A stretch of DNA of 64,000 bases from an uncultured Mycoplasma sp. (GCA_946554525.1 CAMNSE010000001.1:21942-85941); one strand, 5' to 3'; positions 18,482-29,179 are shown, counted from the stretch's first letter. The notes: generated from the sequence alone by a model not told the origin. Numbers and translations: made by a program.

Positions 18482-19258
18482 TTATTCATAATCTTTTTTT
18501 CTAACTCTTTTTCTTGTTAATACTTCGTGAGTCATGTCCATTAAATGAGAATTATCTTTATATTTTTTATAAAATTCTGGATCAAATAGAATCTCACTAA
18601 CACTTTTTGTATCAATATCTTTCTTAAGTTCTTCTTTTACTTTAGCTTGTTCTAATCTTCTTTCCTCTTCATGTGCCTGATATTCCTTTTTTTCTTTTCT
18701 AAACTCATTTAAATAACTTGTGAGAGTGGCAACTTCACTTAAAATCATAGGGCTTAATACAGCGCCAAATAGTTTAATTTGATCCATAGATGCTATTTTA
18801 GTTACTAAATCGGCGCTAAAATAATTAATAACGTTTGGATCTACTAATAAATATGATAGTGTAACAGTTATTCCTGCAAGCCACATTTTTGCTTTCCCAA
18901 TAAAATTTGATTTTACATTCAAATTATTTTTATATTTTAAAGTTTGTATGCCAGCAATTCCTACCTCTAATAAAATAGGTATTATTGCAAGCGGTGTAAT
19001 ACCAAGCAGTAATACCATGTTAGCAATTAAAAATAATTTATCACTTACTCCATCAAATAAGCTTCCAAAAAAGGTTGAAGCATCAAACTTACGAGCCATT
19101 TGCCCATCTATCCAATCTGTTGCAAAACAACTTGCTGACAAAACTGCGGTTGTTGCTCCTCCAAATATTTTATATACTGGAATCAAAGCTACGATACCTA
19201 TCATTCGTAAAAATGTCACGAAGTTTGTTATTCCTATTTTAAACCATTTCTTTTTCAT
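18482..19258 (-). CDS. CDP-alcohol phosphatidyltransferase family protein with charged C-terminal extension
   Basis: Exact family motif DWIDGQMARKFDASTFFGSLFDGVSDK (DxxDGxxAR-x8-G-x3-D-x3-D) and multiple TM segments. Confidence 0.85.
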   Translation of the reverse strand: MKKKWFKIGITNFVTFLRMIGIVALIPVYKIFGGATTAVLSASCFATDWIDGQMARKFDASTFFGSLFDGVSDKLFLIANMVLLLGITPLAIIPILLEVGIAGIQTLKYKNNLNVKSNFIGKAKMWLAGITVTLSYLLVDPNVINYFSADLVTKIASMDQIKLFGAVLSPMILSEVATLTSYLNEFRKEKKEYQAHEEERRLEQAKVKEELKKDIDTKSVSEILFDPEFYKKYKDNSHLMDMTHEVLTRKRVRKKDYE

Positions 19259-19301
19259 AATAAAACCCTCTTCTTAAGCTGCTATATTAACATAAATAAT
19301 T

Positions 19302-19607
19302 TTATTTTTCAAGAATCTTAATAATCTCTAATTTTATTTTTTCAAAATTACTTTCAGTTAATAATTCTCTTAAATTATTTCTTATATCATAATTATGTAA
19401 TACTTTCTCATATCCCAATAATTTATTTTCAGCACTCTTTAAAGTTTTTCCAACACTACTTTTTGAGACTTCTCTATTTTGCGCTATTTCATTTAATGAT
19501 AAATCATCAGCATAATAACTTGTAAATGTTATTTGTTCTACTTCTGTAAGAAGTTCCTTATAAATATCAAACAAGGAATTTAAATATTCTCTATTTTCCA
19601 TTTTCAA
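19302..19607 (-). CDS. ylxM: YlxM/UPF0122 putative helix-turn-helix protein
   Basis: 101 aa, LFDIYKELLTEVEQ...LSLNEIAQNREVSKSSV. Positioned directly after ftsY, as in other Bacillota. Confidence 0.8.
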   Translation of the reverse strand: MKMENREYLNSLFDIYKELLTEVEQITFTSYYADDLSLNEIAQNREVSKSSVGKTLKSAENKLLGYEKVLHNYDIRNNLRELLTESNFEKIKLEIIKILEK

Positions 19608-20583
19608 TCATATCCTTAAAAAGTCCATATATATAATTTTCAATATCAAAAACTTTTAAATCTTCCATAGACTCACCTAGACCAATAAACTTTACAGGAA
19701 TATTTACAGCTTTTTTAATGGCAAGAACGATACCACCTTTTGCTGTGCCATCTAGTTTAGTTAAAACGATACCTGTAATATTTGTAATTTCTTTAAAACT
19801 TTCGGCTTGTAAAATGCCATTTTGACCAGTTGCAGCATCAATTACTAATAGTGTCTCTTGAGGGGCATTAGGGATAATTCTTCCAATAACTTTATTAATT
19901 TTTTCAAGTTCATTCATTAAGTTTACCTTATTTTGAAGTCTTCCGGCAGTATCGATTAAGACTATATCAACATTTTCTTCTACTGCTTTTTTTAATCCAT
20001 CAAATATTACTCCAGCAGGATCTGTATTTTCTTTTCCAAAAAATAATGATTTTGTTTTAGTTGCCCATTCTTCTAATTGAGTTACTGCTCCAGCCCGGAA
20101 AGTATCCCCAGCAATCATCATAACCGTCTTTCCTTCCATTTTATATTTATGAGCTAGTTTTGCAATAGTTGTAGTTTTTCCTACTCCGTTTACACCAACC
20201 ATTAAAATAACTGTTGGCCCATTATCATTCATTTTTATTTTATCACTTAAAGATTCTCCTTCAACATAGATAATAAATAATTCATCTATAATTACTTCTT
20301 GTAAATAAGTAGTATCAATAATGTTTTCTTTTTTTACACGAGCTCTAATTCTGTCCATAAATTCCATTACCGTATTTACACCAATATCAGCCATAATTAA
20401 AATTTGCTCTAATTCTTCAAAATAATCTTCAGATACTTTTGTATATTTATGTCCTAAAATACTAAGTTCATTTACAAATTCTTTTCTAGTTTTTTCTAAT
20501 CCCTTATTATAACTATTTAATTCTTTGTTTTCACTTATTTCTTTTTTAGAAAACTTTTCTTTAAATTTACTAAATAATCCCAT
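19591..20583 (-). CDS. ftsY: Signal recognition particle receptor FtsY
   Basis: GVNGVGKTTTIAKLA, DTAGRLQN and TKLDGTAKGG SRP-GTPase motifs. Confidence 0.93.
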   Translation of the reverse strand: MGLFSKFKEKFSKKEISENKELNSYNKGLEKTRKEFVNELSILGHKYTKVSEDYFEELEQILIMADIGVNTVMEFMDRIRARVKKENIIDTTYLQEVIIDELFIIYVEGESLSDKIKMNDNGPTVILMVGVNGVGKTTTIAKLAHKYKMEGKTVMMIAGDTFRAGAVTQLEEWATKTKSLFFGKENTDPAGVIFDGLKKAVEENVDIVLIDTAGRLQNKVNLMNELEKINKVIGRIIPNAPQETLLVIDAATGQNGILQAESFKEITNITGIVLTKLDGTAKGGIVLAIKKAVNIPVKFIGLGESMEDLKVFDIENYIYGLFKDMIENGK

Positions 20584-20622
20584 AATTTATCTCCTAACTA
20601 TTAAATATTATAACAGAGGAAT

Positions 20623-20647
20623 TAAAAAAAAGCCACAAATTGTGACT
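20623..20647 (-). terminator. Terminator after the lipoprotein gene
   Basis: Minus strand AGTCACA-ATT-TGTGGCT followed by TTTTTTTT. Confidence 0.55.
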
Positions 20648-21873
20648 TATCTTTCTAAAGAAGTTACTCCTATGATCTCTGCTTGTGTAAATGTACCAAT
20701 TTCTCTGTTATCAGGAATATTCATATTGTATACTTCAATGCTTCCATTATCTTTTGATACTAATAAATAATCATCTTCTGTATCTTGATTTATTAAACGT
20801 AATTCCATTGCACTTAATAAACTTCCAAATAAAGGTGATTTTCTAAATCCAGAATCGGAAATATCAGTTCTTAGGGAAATAGTTCCTAAAATGCCTTTTA
20901 CTTCAAAGTCAGATGTACTACTTGTAATATCTGCATGTATAGAATTGCAATTAATTACTGTATTTTTTAAACTTCCAAAATTTCTTAAAACTAAATTATC
21001 ACATTTAGGTAAAGTAATTTCTGCATTTTCTAGACTATCATCATTAAAAATATCTAAACTAATAGTTCCTAAACTAGCAGAGGAATTGCAATTTACTAAA
21101 TTAATTAAATTGTCAGTATCATATAACGTTATATTAATCCCAGATATACTTGCAAATAATGCAAGATCTTGTTTTGATACTCTAGAATTTTGAGCTAAAA
21201 CTAAATCTTTAATATTTGAAACTGTAAGATTATCAGTAATATTAACATTGCTATAATCTTTCATAATAAATATTGAACATGGATAAATGCTAGTTAACTT
21301 TTTTAGATCTGGACATTCTGAAGTTTGATTAAACATTAAATAAATAGATAATTTATCTTTTAATGCAGTATTTTCTTCTAAAAAAGCTATGACTTCTTTT
21401 AAACTTGAATAATCATAAATTGATAATACGAAAGAATCTTTCATATCAGTAAAACTATAATCTAGCCTATATTGATTTAGACTATCTAGCATATTAATTA
21501 ATGTTTCTTTAGCACTATTTTGTTCTTCTAACTTTTCCCTACTTCTATCTGGAACCCAATTAGCAACTAGAGTCATATCAGATGTAACTGGTGTTGAAAA
21601 ATCATATGGTTCGCCATTTAGGGTCCATCCTTCAAGAATATAGCCTTCTTTTGGACTAATGGCTGGAGTATATCCGGCGGTAATATCAGGTGTAACTTCA
21701 ATATGATATACTTCGTCTCCACTTTTAAATGTTACTGTATGTACCTCGATTTCCGGAATATATGGTACATCTATTGTTTCTTGTTTTTGGCATGCCGAAA
21801 GAGCTAATGAAGCACTTAAAGCAGTTGCAACTATGGCAATACTTTTTTGTTTATTCAATTTGAATTTCATCAT
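20647..21873 (-). CDS. Surface lipoprotein with Listeria-Bacteroides (Flg_new-type) repeat and leucine-rich-repeat-like C-terminal region
   Basis: Lipobox LALSAC after a basic/hydrophobic leader. GYILEGWTLNGEPYDFSTPVTSDMTLVANW matches the Flg_new repeat pattern. The C-terminal half has a periodic N/L/I pattern. Confidence 0.65.
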   Translation of the reverse strand: MMKFKLNKQKSIAIVATALSASLALSACQKQETIDVPYIPEIEVHTVTFKSGDEVYHIEVTPDITAGYTPAISPKEGYILEGWTLNGEPYDFSTPVTSDMTLVANWVPDRSREKLEEQNSAKETLINMLDSLNQYRLDYSFTDMKDSFVLSIYDYSSLKEVIAFLEENTALKDKLSIYLMFNQTSECPDLKKLTSIYPCSIFIMKDYSNVNITDNLTVSNIKDLVLAQNSRVSKQDLALFASISGINITLYDTDNLINLVNCNSSASLGTISLDIFNDDSLENAEITLPKCDNLVLRNFGSLKNTVINCNSIHADITSSTSDFEVKGILGTISLRTDISDSGFRKSPLFGSLLSAMELRLINQDTEDDYLLVSKDNGSIEVYNMNIPDNREIGTFTQAEIIGVTSLER

Positions 21874-21939
21874 TTATTCCCTCAATTCACTTTAATTATA
21901 GCAGAGTTGACAAAAAATAGCAAATTAAGCGTAAAGCAT

Positions 21940-21968
21940 TTGCATTCATGATTTGAATCAGTTATAAT
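21940..21968 (+). promoter_or_regulatory. Candidate ftsK promoter
   Basis: TTGCAT, 17 nt, TATAAT. It lies 20 nt upstream of the ATG, with an AGGTGA SD in between. Confidence 0.5.
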
Positions 21969-21987
21969 ATATATAGGTGAATAGAAA

Positions 21988-24222
21988 ATGGCAAAGAAGA
22001 AAAAAACAAAAGCAAGCGAAAAAGAAAATTTTCAATTTAGTGTAGAAATAACAGGACTTATTTTAATACTTGTAGGTTTAATTGGATTTGGATTTGGACC
22101 AGTTGGATCTTTAATTAAAAAATTCACTATGTTTTTGGTTGGCGGATGGGCATGGATATTTTTATTGCTTACCCTTTTAGTATTAGGATTTTACATGTTA
22201 TTCAAAAGAAAGTTACCAAAATTTTTTAGTCAAAAATTAATTGGCTTTTATGTTATTATTATTGTTATTTTAGTAGCAAGTCATTTTGGATTTATTGAAA
22301 AATGTAAGAGTGCAAGTGACATTTTTCAAACTACAATTGATGAATATATGAATCGTATATCAACAATTGGTAATAATACTGCTCTTTTTACCAGTGGAGA
22401 TACCACGATTGAAATCGGTGGCGGAATTATTGGCGCAATATTTTCTGTTGCCTTCAGTAGTTTATTTGGGCTTACTGGTACAAAAATTGTATGTGTAATT
22501 CTTCTTTTATTTGGCGGTATTCTATTCTTTAATGTAACTTTTGCTGATATTTTATCAAAATTAAAGGATATCTTTAAATCTATGAGAGGCAAAGATTCTC
22601 CTCAAAAAGAAGAAGCAAAAATAGCCGATCCTAAAATATATGATTATGATAGTGCCGATAAAGATATCCCACCAAAAGATGATAAAATTATTATAACAAG
22701 CATGGAAGAACTTAAAAATATTAAAGAGCCTGTAAAAGAAAACTTAGCTCCGACGAGGGAACATGCATATGAAGTAAATTCAAGTTATACCCTTCCGCCT
22801 CTATCTTTACTTGATGAAATTGAACCTCCTAAGAAAAATAATTCTAATAATTATATAAGAAGCAATAAAGAAAACTTAGAGCGCGTATTAAAAGACTTTC
22901 AAATTAATGGTCAAGTTGTAGAAATTCATATTGGCCCTGCTGTAACACAGTATGAGTTAAGAGTTCCAAGCGGTACTAAAGTAAGTAGGATTGTTGGTAT
23001 TAATAAAGAAATCGCATTAGCACTAGCTGCAAAGGATGTTAGAATACAAGCTCCTATTCCTGGAAAAAGTACTATAGGTATTGAAATAGCCAATCCTAGT
23101 ATTAGCGCTGTTAAATTTAAAGAAGTTCTTGCTTATGATAAAGGATTTGAAAGTTCTAAAATATTAGTGGCTTTAGGAAAAGACATTATGGGTCGTCCAC
23201 AGCTTGCAGATATTTCTAAAATGCCCCATCTTTTAATTGCTGGTTCTACTGGTTCTGGTAAATCGGTTTGTTCTAATACTATTATTTGTTCTATTTTGAT
23301 GCGTTATAAACCTGATGAAGTAAAACTTATGTTAGTTGATCCTAAAAAAGTAGAATTATCAAATTATAATGGTGTTCCTCATCTATTATGTCCAGTTGTA
23401 AATGATCCTAAAAAAGCCAGCATTGCCTTACAAAAGCTAGTTTCAGAAATGGACAAACGCTATGATTTATTTAGTGAGAAAAACGTTAAAAACATTAGTG
23501 GATATAATGAGTGGGTAACAAAAGAAAATAAAAACAGAGATGAAAAAATTCCTAAAATGCCTTATATTGTAGCTTTGATTGATGAACTTGCTGATTTAAT
23601 GCTTGTAGCATCAAAAGAAGTAGAAGATTCTATTATGCGTATTACTCAAATGGCAAGAGCAGCTGGAATTCATTTAATTGTAGCGACTCAAAGACCTTCT
23701 ACTGATGTCATCACAGGTGTTGTTAAGGCTAATATTCCATCTCGTATTGCATTTGCCGTTGCATCAAATATTGACTCTAGAACCATATTAGATTCAAGTG
23801 GTGCTGAAAAACTTCTTGGTAAAGGTGATATGTTATACTTACCTATGGGTGAAAATATCCCTATTCGTATTCAAGGATGCTTTATTAGTGATGATGAAAT
23901 AAAACGTATCATTGATTATACTTGTAAACAGCAAGCTGCTCATTATGATTCTAATATGGAAGATTTAAACCAAAACGGGAATGGAATTCATGGACTTCCT
24001 GATGAAAAAGAAGAATATGATGACCCACTATATAATGAAATAGTAGAATTTGCAATTCAAACAGGAAAAGTTAGTACTTCTCTTTTACAAAGAAGATTTA
24101 GACTTGGATACAATAGAGCTGCTAGAGTTGTAGATTTACTTGAAGAACGTGGAATTGTAGGACCTGCTAACGGTTCTAAACCTCGTGAAGTTTTAGTAAA
24201 ATTAGATGATAGCGCAGAATAA
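21988..24222 (+). CDS. ftsK: DNA translocase FtsK/SpoIIIE
   Basis: N-terminal TM helices, P-loop LIAGSTGSGKS, Walker B ALIDELADL, and a gamma-domain winged helix VSTSLLQRRFRLGYNRAARVVDLLEERGIVGP. Confidence 0.93.
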   Translation: MAKKKKTKASEKENFQFSVEITGLILILVGLIGFGFGPVGSLIKKFTMFLVGGWAWIFLLLTLLVLGFYMLFKRKLPKFFSQKLIGFYVIIIVILVASHFGFIEKCKSASDIFQTTIDEYMNRISTIGNNTALFTSGDTTIEIGGGIIGAIFSVAFSSLFGLTGTKIVCVILLLFGGILFFNVTFADILSKLKDIFKSMRGKDSPQKEEAKIADPKIYDYDSADKDIPPKDDKIIITSMEELKNIKEPVKENLAPTREHAYEVNSSYTLPPLSLLDEIEPPKKNNSNNYIRSNKENLERVLKDFQINGQVVEIHIGPAVTQYELRVPSGTKVSRIVGINKEIALALAAKDVRIQAPIPGKSTIGIEIANPSISAVKFKEVLAYDKGFESSKILVALGKDIMGRPQLADISKMPHLLIAGSTGSGKSVCSNTIICSILMRYKPDEVKLMLVDPKKVELSNYNGVPHLLCPVVNDPKKASIALQKLVSEMDKRYDLFSEKNVKNISGYNEWVTKENKNRDEKIPKMPYIVALIDELADLMLVASKEVEDSIMRITQMARAAGIHLIVATQRPSTDVITGVVKANIPSRIAFAVASNIDSRTILDSSGAEKLLGKGDMLYLPMGENIPIRIQGCFISDDEIKRIIDYTCKQQAAHYDSNMEDLNQNGNGIHGLPDEKEEYDDPLYNEIVEFAIQTGKVSTSLLQRRFRLGYNRAARVVDLLEERGIVGPANGSKPREVLVKLDDSAE

Positions 24223-24290
24223 AATATGTGGTTTGCAAATACAATGATAGTATGTTACAATAATGTTAGATAAAAAGAAAGGGACTTCTT

Positions 24291-24824
24291 ATGGCAAAGA
24301 AAAAATATAAAAATAACTATATACCAGCAAAGAATTATGTTATTGCTATTTTGGTAATAATCGGATTATTTCTAGTAGGAATATATGCCTATAAATGGTA
24401 TTGTGTTAAAGAAGATAAAAAATATTTAGACAGTTATTTAGTTTCAACTAATACAATTAATTTAGAAATGATTAGTTTAGATGAAATTGAATCTGTACTA
24501 TCGGAGCCCCCTACTTATTACTTTATATATGTAAGCTTTACGAAAAGTAAATCTAATTATAACTATGAAAAAAAATTACAACCTATAATTAAAGAATATA
24601 ATTTAATTGATAATTTCTATTTTATGAATGTAACAGATATAAAGACAAAGAATTCTAATTATATTAAAGACTTAGAGAAAAAATTAAATATACAGGAAGG
24701 AACAATTAAAGATGTTCCAGTTATACTATATTTTAAAGATAAAGAACTAGCAAATCCAGAAGGCATATATAGTGCTGAGGAATTTAAGAATTTATTAGAA
24801 TCTAGAAATATTAAATCAATGTAA
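24291..24824 (+). CDS. Hypothetical membrane-anchored protein
   Basis: 177 aa with a single N-terminal TM (VIAILVIIGLFLVGIYAY). SD AAAGGGA. No catalytic motif recognised. Confidence 0.5.
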   Translation: MAKKKYKNNYIPAKNYVIAILVIIGLFLVGIYAYKWYCVKEDKKYLDSYLVSTNTINLEMISLDEIESVLSEPPTYYFIYVSFTKSKSNYNYEKKLQPIIKEYNLIDNFYFMNVTDIKTKNSNYIKDLEKKLNIQEGTIKDVPVILYFKDKELANPEGIYSAEEFKNLLESRNIKSM

Positions 24825-24825
24825 A

Positions 24826-24845
24826 ACATCACTATTAGTGATGTT
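24826..24845. terminator. Shared hairpin between convergent genes
   Basis: AACATCAC-TATT(A)-GTGATGTT perfect inverted repeat with T-rich flanks. Confidence 0.55.
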
Positions 24846-24847
24846 CT

Positions 24848-25522
24848 TTATTTTCTTCTTTTTCTTTCCTCTCCTAAGCATTCACTTATATAATCTATTT
24901 GTTCTAAGCTAAATGTTCCAGTCATGCTTTGTTCTAATGTTCCCTGTTTGAATCTTTTTCTTAATTTTTTATAGTGAGATAAAAATTCAAGTTCTTGTTG
25001 AAGTCTTTGACGATAATCATTATTAAAGGCTGTAAGATCGATAACATCTACAGGTGTCATATCAAATTTTTCTTCCCTTAAAGTATCATCACTTCTATCC
25101 TTACTAACATTTAAAGCTTCTAATTTATCTTTAGTAACATTTAAGCTTCTATTTAAGTGTTTAAGTTGGAGTTTAATGGTTTTTCTATTACGTAATACTT
25201 TAAAGGGATTTCGAAAACCAGCTATTACTCCCACTATAGAGGAAATAAGAAGAGACATTAAAGCTATAATAACATTAATTGTCCCAAAAAACGGAAAACT
25301 AACTATCATTAAAATTAAAGCGCCAAAAACAAGTCCCACCCATTCAAGGGGCATTTCATCTTTTAATTCTGCTTGTTTTTCTTTAATTTGTTCTTCTAAA
25401 ATTTCCACTTCATTTTCTAATTTAAGTTCTTCATCAACTTGTTCGTGTTTTTTTCTCTTTACTAATTTTTGCTTAATTCTAACAAATACTCCATCTCTAG
25501 TTTTTGCATATTCATAGTTCAT
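24848..25522 (-). CDS. Hypothetical coiled-coil membrane protein
   Basis: 224 aa. Charged coiled-coil N-terminus and two TM helices (WVGLVFGALILMIVSFPFF and IIALMSLLISSIVGVIAGF). Confidence 0.5.
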   Translation of the reverse strand: MNYEYAKTRDGVFVRIKQKLVKRKKHEQVDEELKLENEVEILEEQIKEKQAELKDEMPLEWVGLVFGALILMIVSFPFFGTINVIIALMSLLISSIVGVIAGFRNPFKVLRNRKTIKLQLKHLNRSLNVTKDKLEALNVSKDRSDDTLREEKFDMTPVDVIDLTAFNNDYRQRLQQELEFLSHYKKLRKRFKQGTLEQSMTGTFSLEQIDYISECLGEERKRRK

Positions 25523-25524
25523 TT

Positions 25525-26163
25525 TTATTTTACACCTTTCTTTAAGTTCTTCTTATAATGTTTACAACAGCTTTGCAAGATACACTCTTCACATTCTGGT
25601 TTTAATGCCTTACATTTATATCTTCCAAAAAGAACCATTTGATGGTGAAGCCTACTCCAGGAAGATTTTGGAAACTTCTTCATCAATTTCAACTCTATAT
25701 TATATACACTATCAGTTTCTTTTGCAAGGCCTAATCTATTAGATACTCTTGCTACATGAGTATCTACTGCAATAGCTGGAACATTATAAAGATTAGATAA
25801 TACTACATTACAAGTTTTTCTACCTACTCCAGGAAGACTTTCTAAGTATTCTCTATTATTAGGAACTTGCCCATTAAAGTTAGCAATTAAGCTAGTTGCA
25901 ATTGTTTTAATATAATGAGCTTTTTTAGTATATGAGCCACATGGTCTAACAATTGCCTCAATTTCTTTTTGGCTAGCTTTAGATAGACCATTTAAGTCAT
26001 ATTTTTGGAATAATACTTTAGTAACTTCATTTACTCTTTTATCGGTACATTGAGCACTAAGAACCGTTGCTATTAATAATTCGTAGTCTTTATTATATAT
26101 TAGTTCACACTTTGGATCAGGAAATATTTTATCAAAGCTTTCAATTAAAAAATCACTCTTCAT
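25525..26163 (-). CDS. nth: Endonuclease III
   Basis: HhH-GPD motif LPGVGRKTCNVVL...DTHVARV and a C-terminal 4Fe-4S cluster CKALKPECEECILQSCC. Confidence 0.92.
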   Translation of the reverse strand: MKSDFLIESFDKIFPDPKCELIYNKDYELLIATVLSAQCTDKRVNEVTKVLFQKYDLNGLSKASQKEIEAIVRPCGSYTKKAHYIKTIATSLIANFNGQVPNNREYLESLPGVGRKTCNVVLSNLYNVPAIAVDTHVARVSNRLGLAKETDSVYNIELKLMKKFPKSSWSRLHHQMVLFGRYKCKALKPECEECILQSCCKHYKKNLKKGVK

Positions 26164-26788
26164 CAGTATTTACCCAATCATAATCAAATAATTCTTTTTT
26201 TTCAGATTTTGTATTTTTGTTTTGCAAATGATTTGAAACATCTTTCATATTTTTAAATCCTTTTTTGTTCCATTCAAATAAAATTTTGTCAATATATCTT
26301 AAGTTGCTAACACCATTATATACAGCTTCCTTTAGGGCACCTAGAATCATTTCTTCACTATAGTTTTTATCTAGCCAAGCATTAATAATCTCATATTCCA
26401 TGCTGGTAATAGTTCTTCCAAACTCACTTTCAAAAGAAGCATAAATATCTGTTTTTTCACTACTTTTTTGTTCTTCTTTCTTCTCATCTACAATCATATC
26501 AAAAAAACCATCTAAGCTAACGCTTTCGATCATTCTTCCTTCCATGTCTTTTTTGGTATCAATAGTAATTAATTTCTTTTTTAATAAATTATTGAATGTT
26601 TGATAAGCTTCTTCTATAGAGATACCTAAATGTTTGCTTAATTCTTCAATGTTTAAGTAGCTGTTAAAATCATTATCAAAATAAGTTAACATTAAGAATT
26701 CTTCTAAAGATAATTTCAGCTCTAAGGCCTTTTTTATAAATAAACTATTAGTAACAAATTTTTTATTTAAGAATATTGATTTATCCAT
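26153..26788 (-). CDS. dnaD: DnaD-domain replication initiation/primosome protein
   Basis: DnaD C-terminal pattern FESEFGRTITSMEYEIINAWLDK...ALKEAVYNG...YIDKILFEW. dnaD-nth synteny as in Bacillus. The ATG at 26788 overlaps the cca stop (TAATG). Confidence 0.8.
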   Translation of the reverse strand: MDKSIFLNKKFVTNSLFIKKALELKLSLEEFLMLTYFDNDFNSYLNIEELSKHLGISIEEAYQTFNNLLKKKLITIDTKKDMEGRMIESVSLDGFFDMIVDEKKEEQKSSEKTDIYASFESEFGRTITSMEYEIINAWLDKNYSEEMILGALKEAVYNGVSNLRYIDKILFEWNKKGFKNMKDVSNHLQNKNTKSEKKELFDYDWVNTDEE

Positions 26789-27879
26789 TATAACCACTTT
26801 CCTTTAAAGCTATCTAAATAAGCAAAAATTGCTTCTTTGGTATTTTCTATTTTACCATTTATTAAAGAATCTTCAATATCATTTAAAATAATACTAATTT
26901 TTTTAGAAAAATTGATATTAAAATGCTCTTTAATTTCATTTGCACTTACTATTATATCTTTTTTATCATAAATCGGCAAGCTTTTGTGAATTTTGGCAAT
27001 AGTTTGTTTATCAATGCTTAATATTTCCCCCGCGATTAATGAAAGATATAAACCATAATGATATACTTCATATCTTTCTATCTTTCCTTTTCCTATCATT
27101 TCTTTTAATAAAGATATATGATTTTTCTCTTCTTTTGTAAAGGGAAAATTATATTTAAAATCTAATTGAGCATACATTCCTTCTAAATTTTTGACTGAAA
27201 TAATACTAGCATTATTTTTTATTTTAAGTAGTTTTAAAATATGAAGTTCTTCTAATAAATTTAAACCTTTTTTTACATACTTAGATAATAATATTTTATC
27301 AAATTCTTCTCTTATTCTCGTGTTTGATAATTTGGATACTTCTTTATAATTTTTTTCTATTTCCTGATAAAACTCTTTATCTAAGTTGAAGTTTAAAATA
27401 GTTGCTAATCTAATTCCTCTTAAGATCCTAAGAGGATCTTCTTTTATTTTTATCGATGGAACTCCTATCATGCGAACTTTAGAATTTTTTAAATCTTCCA
27501 TTCCCTTAATTAAGTCAATTACTTCGCCTTTAGAATTCATACAAATGGAATTAATTGTAAAATCTCTTCTTTTAATATCTTCAAGTAAATTATCAATATA
27601 ATTGAATTCTATAGGTTTACGTCCTTTATATTTAATCTCTTCACGATAAGTAGTAACTTCAAAATGATAGGCGCCTAACTTGAAATCTATTCCTCCTAAG
27701 TTCTTAGTAGATGCACTAGGAAATATTTTAATTAGTTCTTTGGGTGTAGCATTTGTACATATATCTATATCGCTAGAATTAGTACCTAATAATAAATCAC
27801 GTACAAAGCCACCAACTATATAGGCTTCATATCCATTTTCTTCAATTGAATTCATTACTTTGGTAATGACTTTATCCAT
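26788..27879 (-). CDS. cca: CCA-adding tRNA nucleotidyltransferase
   Basis: YIVGGFVRDLLLG...DIDICT polymerase-beta motif, plus RRDFTINS and DPLRILR. Confidence 0.9.
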   Translation of the reverse strand: MDKVITKVMNSIEENGYEAYIVGGFVRDLLLGTNSSDIDICTNATPKELIKIFPSASTKNLGGIDFKLGAYHFEVTTYREEIKYKGRKPIEFNYIDNLLEDIKRRDFTINSICMNSKGEVIDLIKGMEDLKNSKVRMIGVPSIKIKEDPLRILRGIRLATILNFNLDKEFYQEIEKNYKEVSKLSNTRIREEFDKILLSKYVKKGLNLLEELHILKLLKIKNNASIISVKNLEGMYAQLDFKYNFPFTKEEKNHISLLKEMIGKGKIERYEVYHYGLYLSLIAGEILSIDKQTIAKIHKSLPIYDKKDIIVSANEIKEHFNINFSKKISIILNDIEDSLINGKIENTKEAIFAYLDSFKGKWL

Positions 27880-27893
27880 TCTAATCTTCCTTA

Positions 27894-28748
27894 CTATTTA
27901 TTATCTATAAATGTTATTACTTCTTTTATGGTTTTATTAAAATCTTTAAAATCGGTTTGAAACCAATTTACATCTAGTTGGTTATTGAACCATGTATACT
28001 GTCTTTTGGCATAATGACGGCTATTTTTTTTAATTAATTCTTTGGCTTCTTCAAAAGAAATTAGGCCTTCAAAAAAATTATATAGTTCTTTATATCCTAT
28101 AGCAGTTAAAATAGCTTTAGATTTAATACCTGCATCATAAAATCCTTTTACTTCATCTAATAAACCATCTTGAAACATTTCATCTACTCTGTTATTAATT
28201 CTTTCATAAAGTGTATTTCTGTCACATGTAAGCCCTATATATATAGCATTATATAAAGGATAACACTCTTCTATTTCTTTTGCTTCTTTATTTAAAAAAC
28301 GAATTAGCCGTTTTCTATTATTGATATGAATATCCATATTTGGATCTTTTTTTAAAGCCATACTAAATAATTCAGTATTAGATACATCATCATATGTCTT
28401 ATTATTTTTTTCTTCTGGATTAAATACATAATTATAAAGAGCAGATTTTAAATATAGACCTGATCCACCAACAAAAATAATATTTTTATCTTTATATTTT
28501 TCTAATAATACTCTTGCATCTTTTTGATAATCAAATACCGTATAATTTGTGTTAATATCGGCAATATCAAATAAAAAATGCTCTATGCCATCCTTTTCTT
28601 CTTCTTTTATTTTAGCGGTTCCAATATCCAGCCCTTTATAGATTTGCATGGCATCTGCATTAATTATGATTGCATTATATTTTTTAGCAAGAGCAATGCT
28701 TAACTTTGTTTTTCCAACTCCTGTTGGCCCTACAACACAAAGAATCAT
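27894..28748 (-). CDS. miaA: tRNA dimethylallyltransferase
   Basis: P-loop [19 protein letters not shown] and DAMQIYKGLDIGTAK. Confidence 0.92.
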   Translation of the reverse strand: MILCVVGPTGVGKTKLSIALAKKYNAIIINADAMQIYKGLDIGTAKIKEEEKDGIEHFLFDIADINTNYTVFDYQKDARVLLEKYKDKNIIFVGGSGLYLKSALYNYVFNPEEKNNKTYDDVSNTELFSMALKKDPNMDIHINNRKRLIRFLNKEAKEIEECYPLYNAIYIGLTCDRNTLYERINNRVDEMFQDGLLDEVKGFYDAGIKSKAILTAIGYKELYNFFEGLISFEEAKELIKKNSRHYAKRQYTWFNNQLDVNWFQTDFKDFNKTIKEVITFIDNK

Positions 28749-29179
28749 TATTTTTCCTTTTTAATTTTTGCTTTTGGTTTATTTTCTTTTTTTAATAAGT
28801 CTCTAATTTCTTCTAATAATAAAACTTCATCACTTTTTTTAGCTACTACTTCTTCTTTTTTGGCTTCTTCTTTTTTCTTTAGATGAGTAAGCTTATTAAT
28901 AACTTTAATAATTGCAAATATGCAAAATGCAACAATTAGAAAATCAATTATGCTTTGAATAAATGCTCCATATTCAATTCTCGTATTTCTAAAAGTAATC
29001 GCTAAATTAGAAAAGTTAACGCCTCCCATAAATAGACCTATAATAGGTGTTAAAATATTATTAACTAAACTAGTAACAATTGATGAGAATGCTCCTCCAA
29101 TAATTACACCTACAGCTAAGTCTAATACGTTTCCCCTTTCAATAAATTTTTTAAATTCTTCTAAATTTTTCTTAATCAT
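28748..29179 (-). CDS. mscL: Large-conductance mechanosensitive channel
   Basis: [24 protein letters not shown] signature. 143 aa. Confidence 0.92.
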   Translation of the reverse strand: MIKKNLEEFKKFIERGNVLDLAVGVIIGGAFSSIVTSLVNNILTPIIGLFMGGVNFSNLAITFRNTRIEYGAFIQSIIDFLIVAFCIFAIIKVINKLTHLKKKEEAKKEEVVAKKSDEVLLLEEIRDLLKKENKPKAKIKKEK

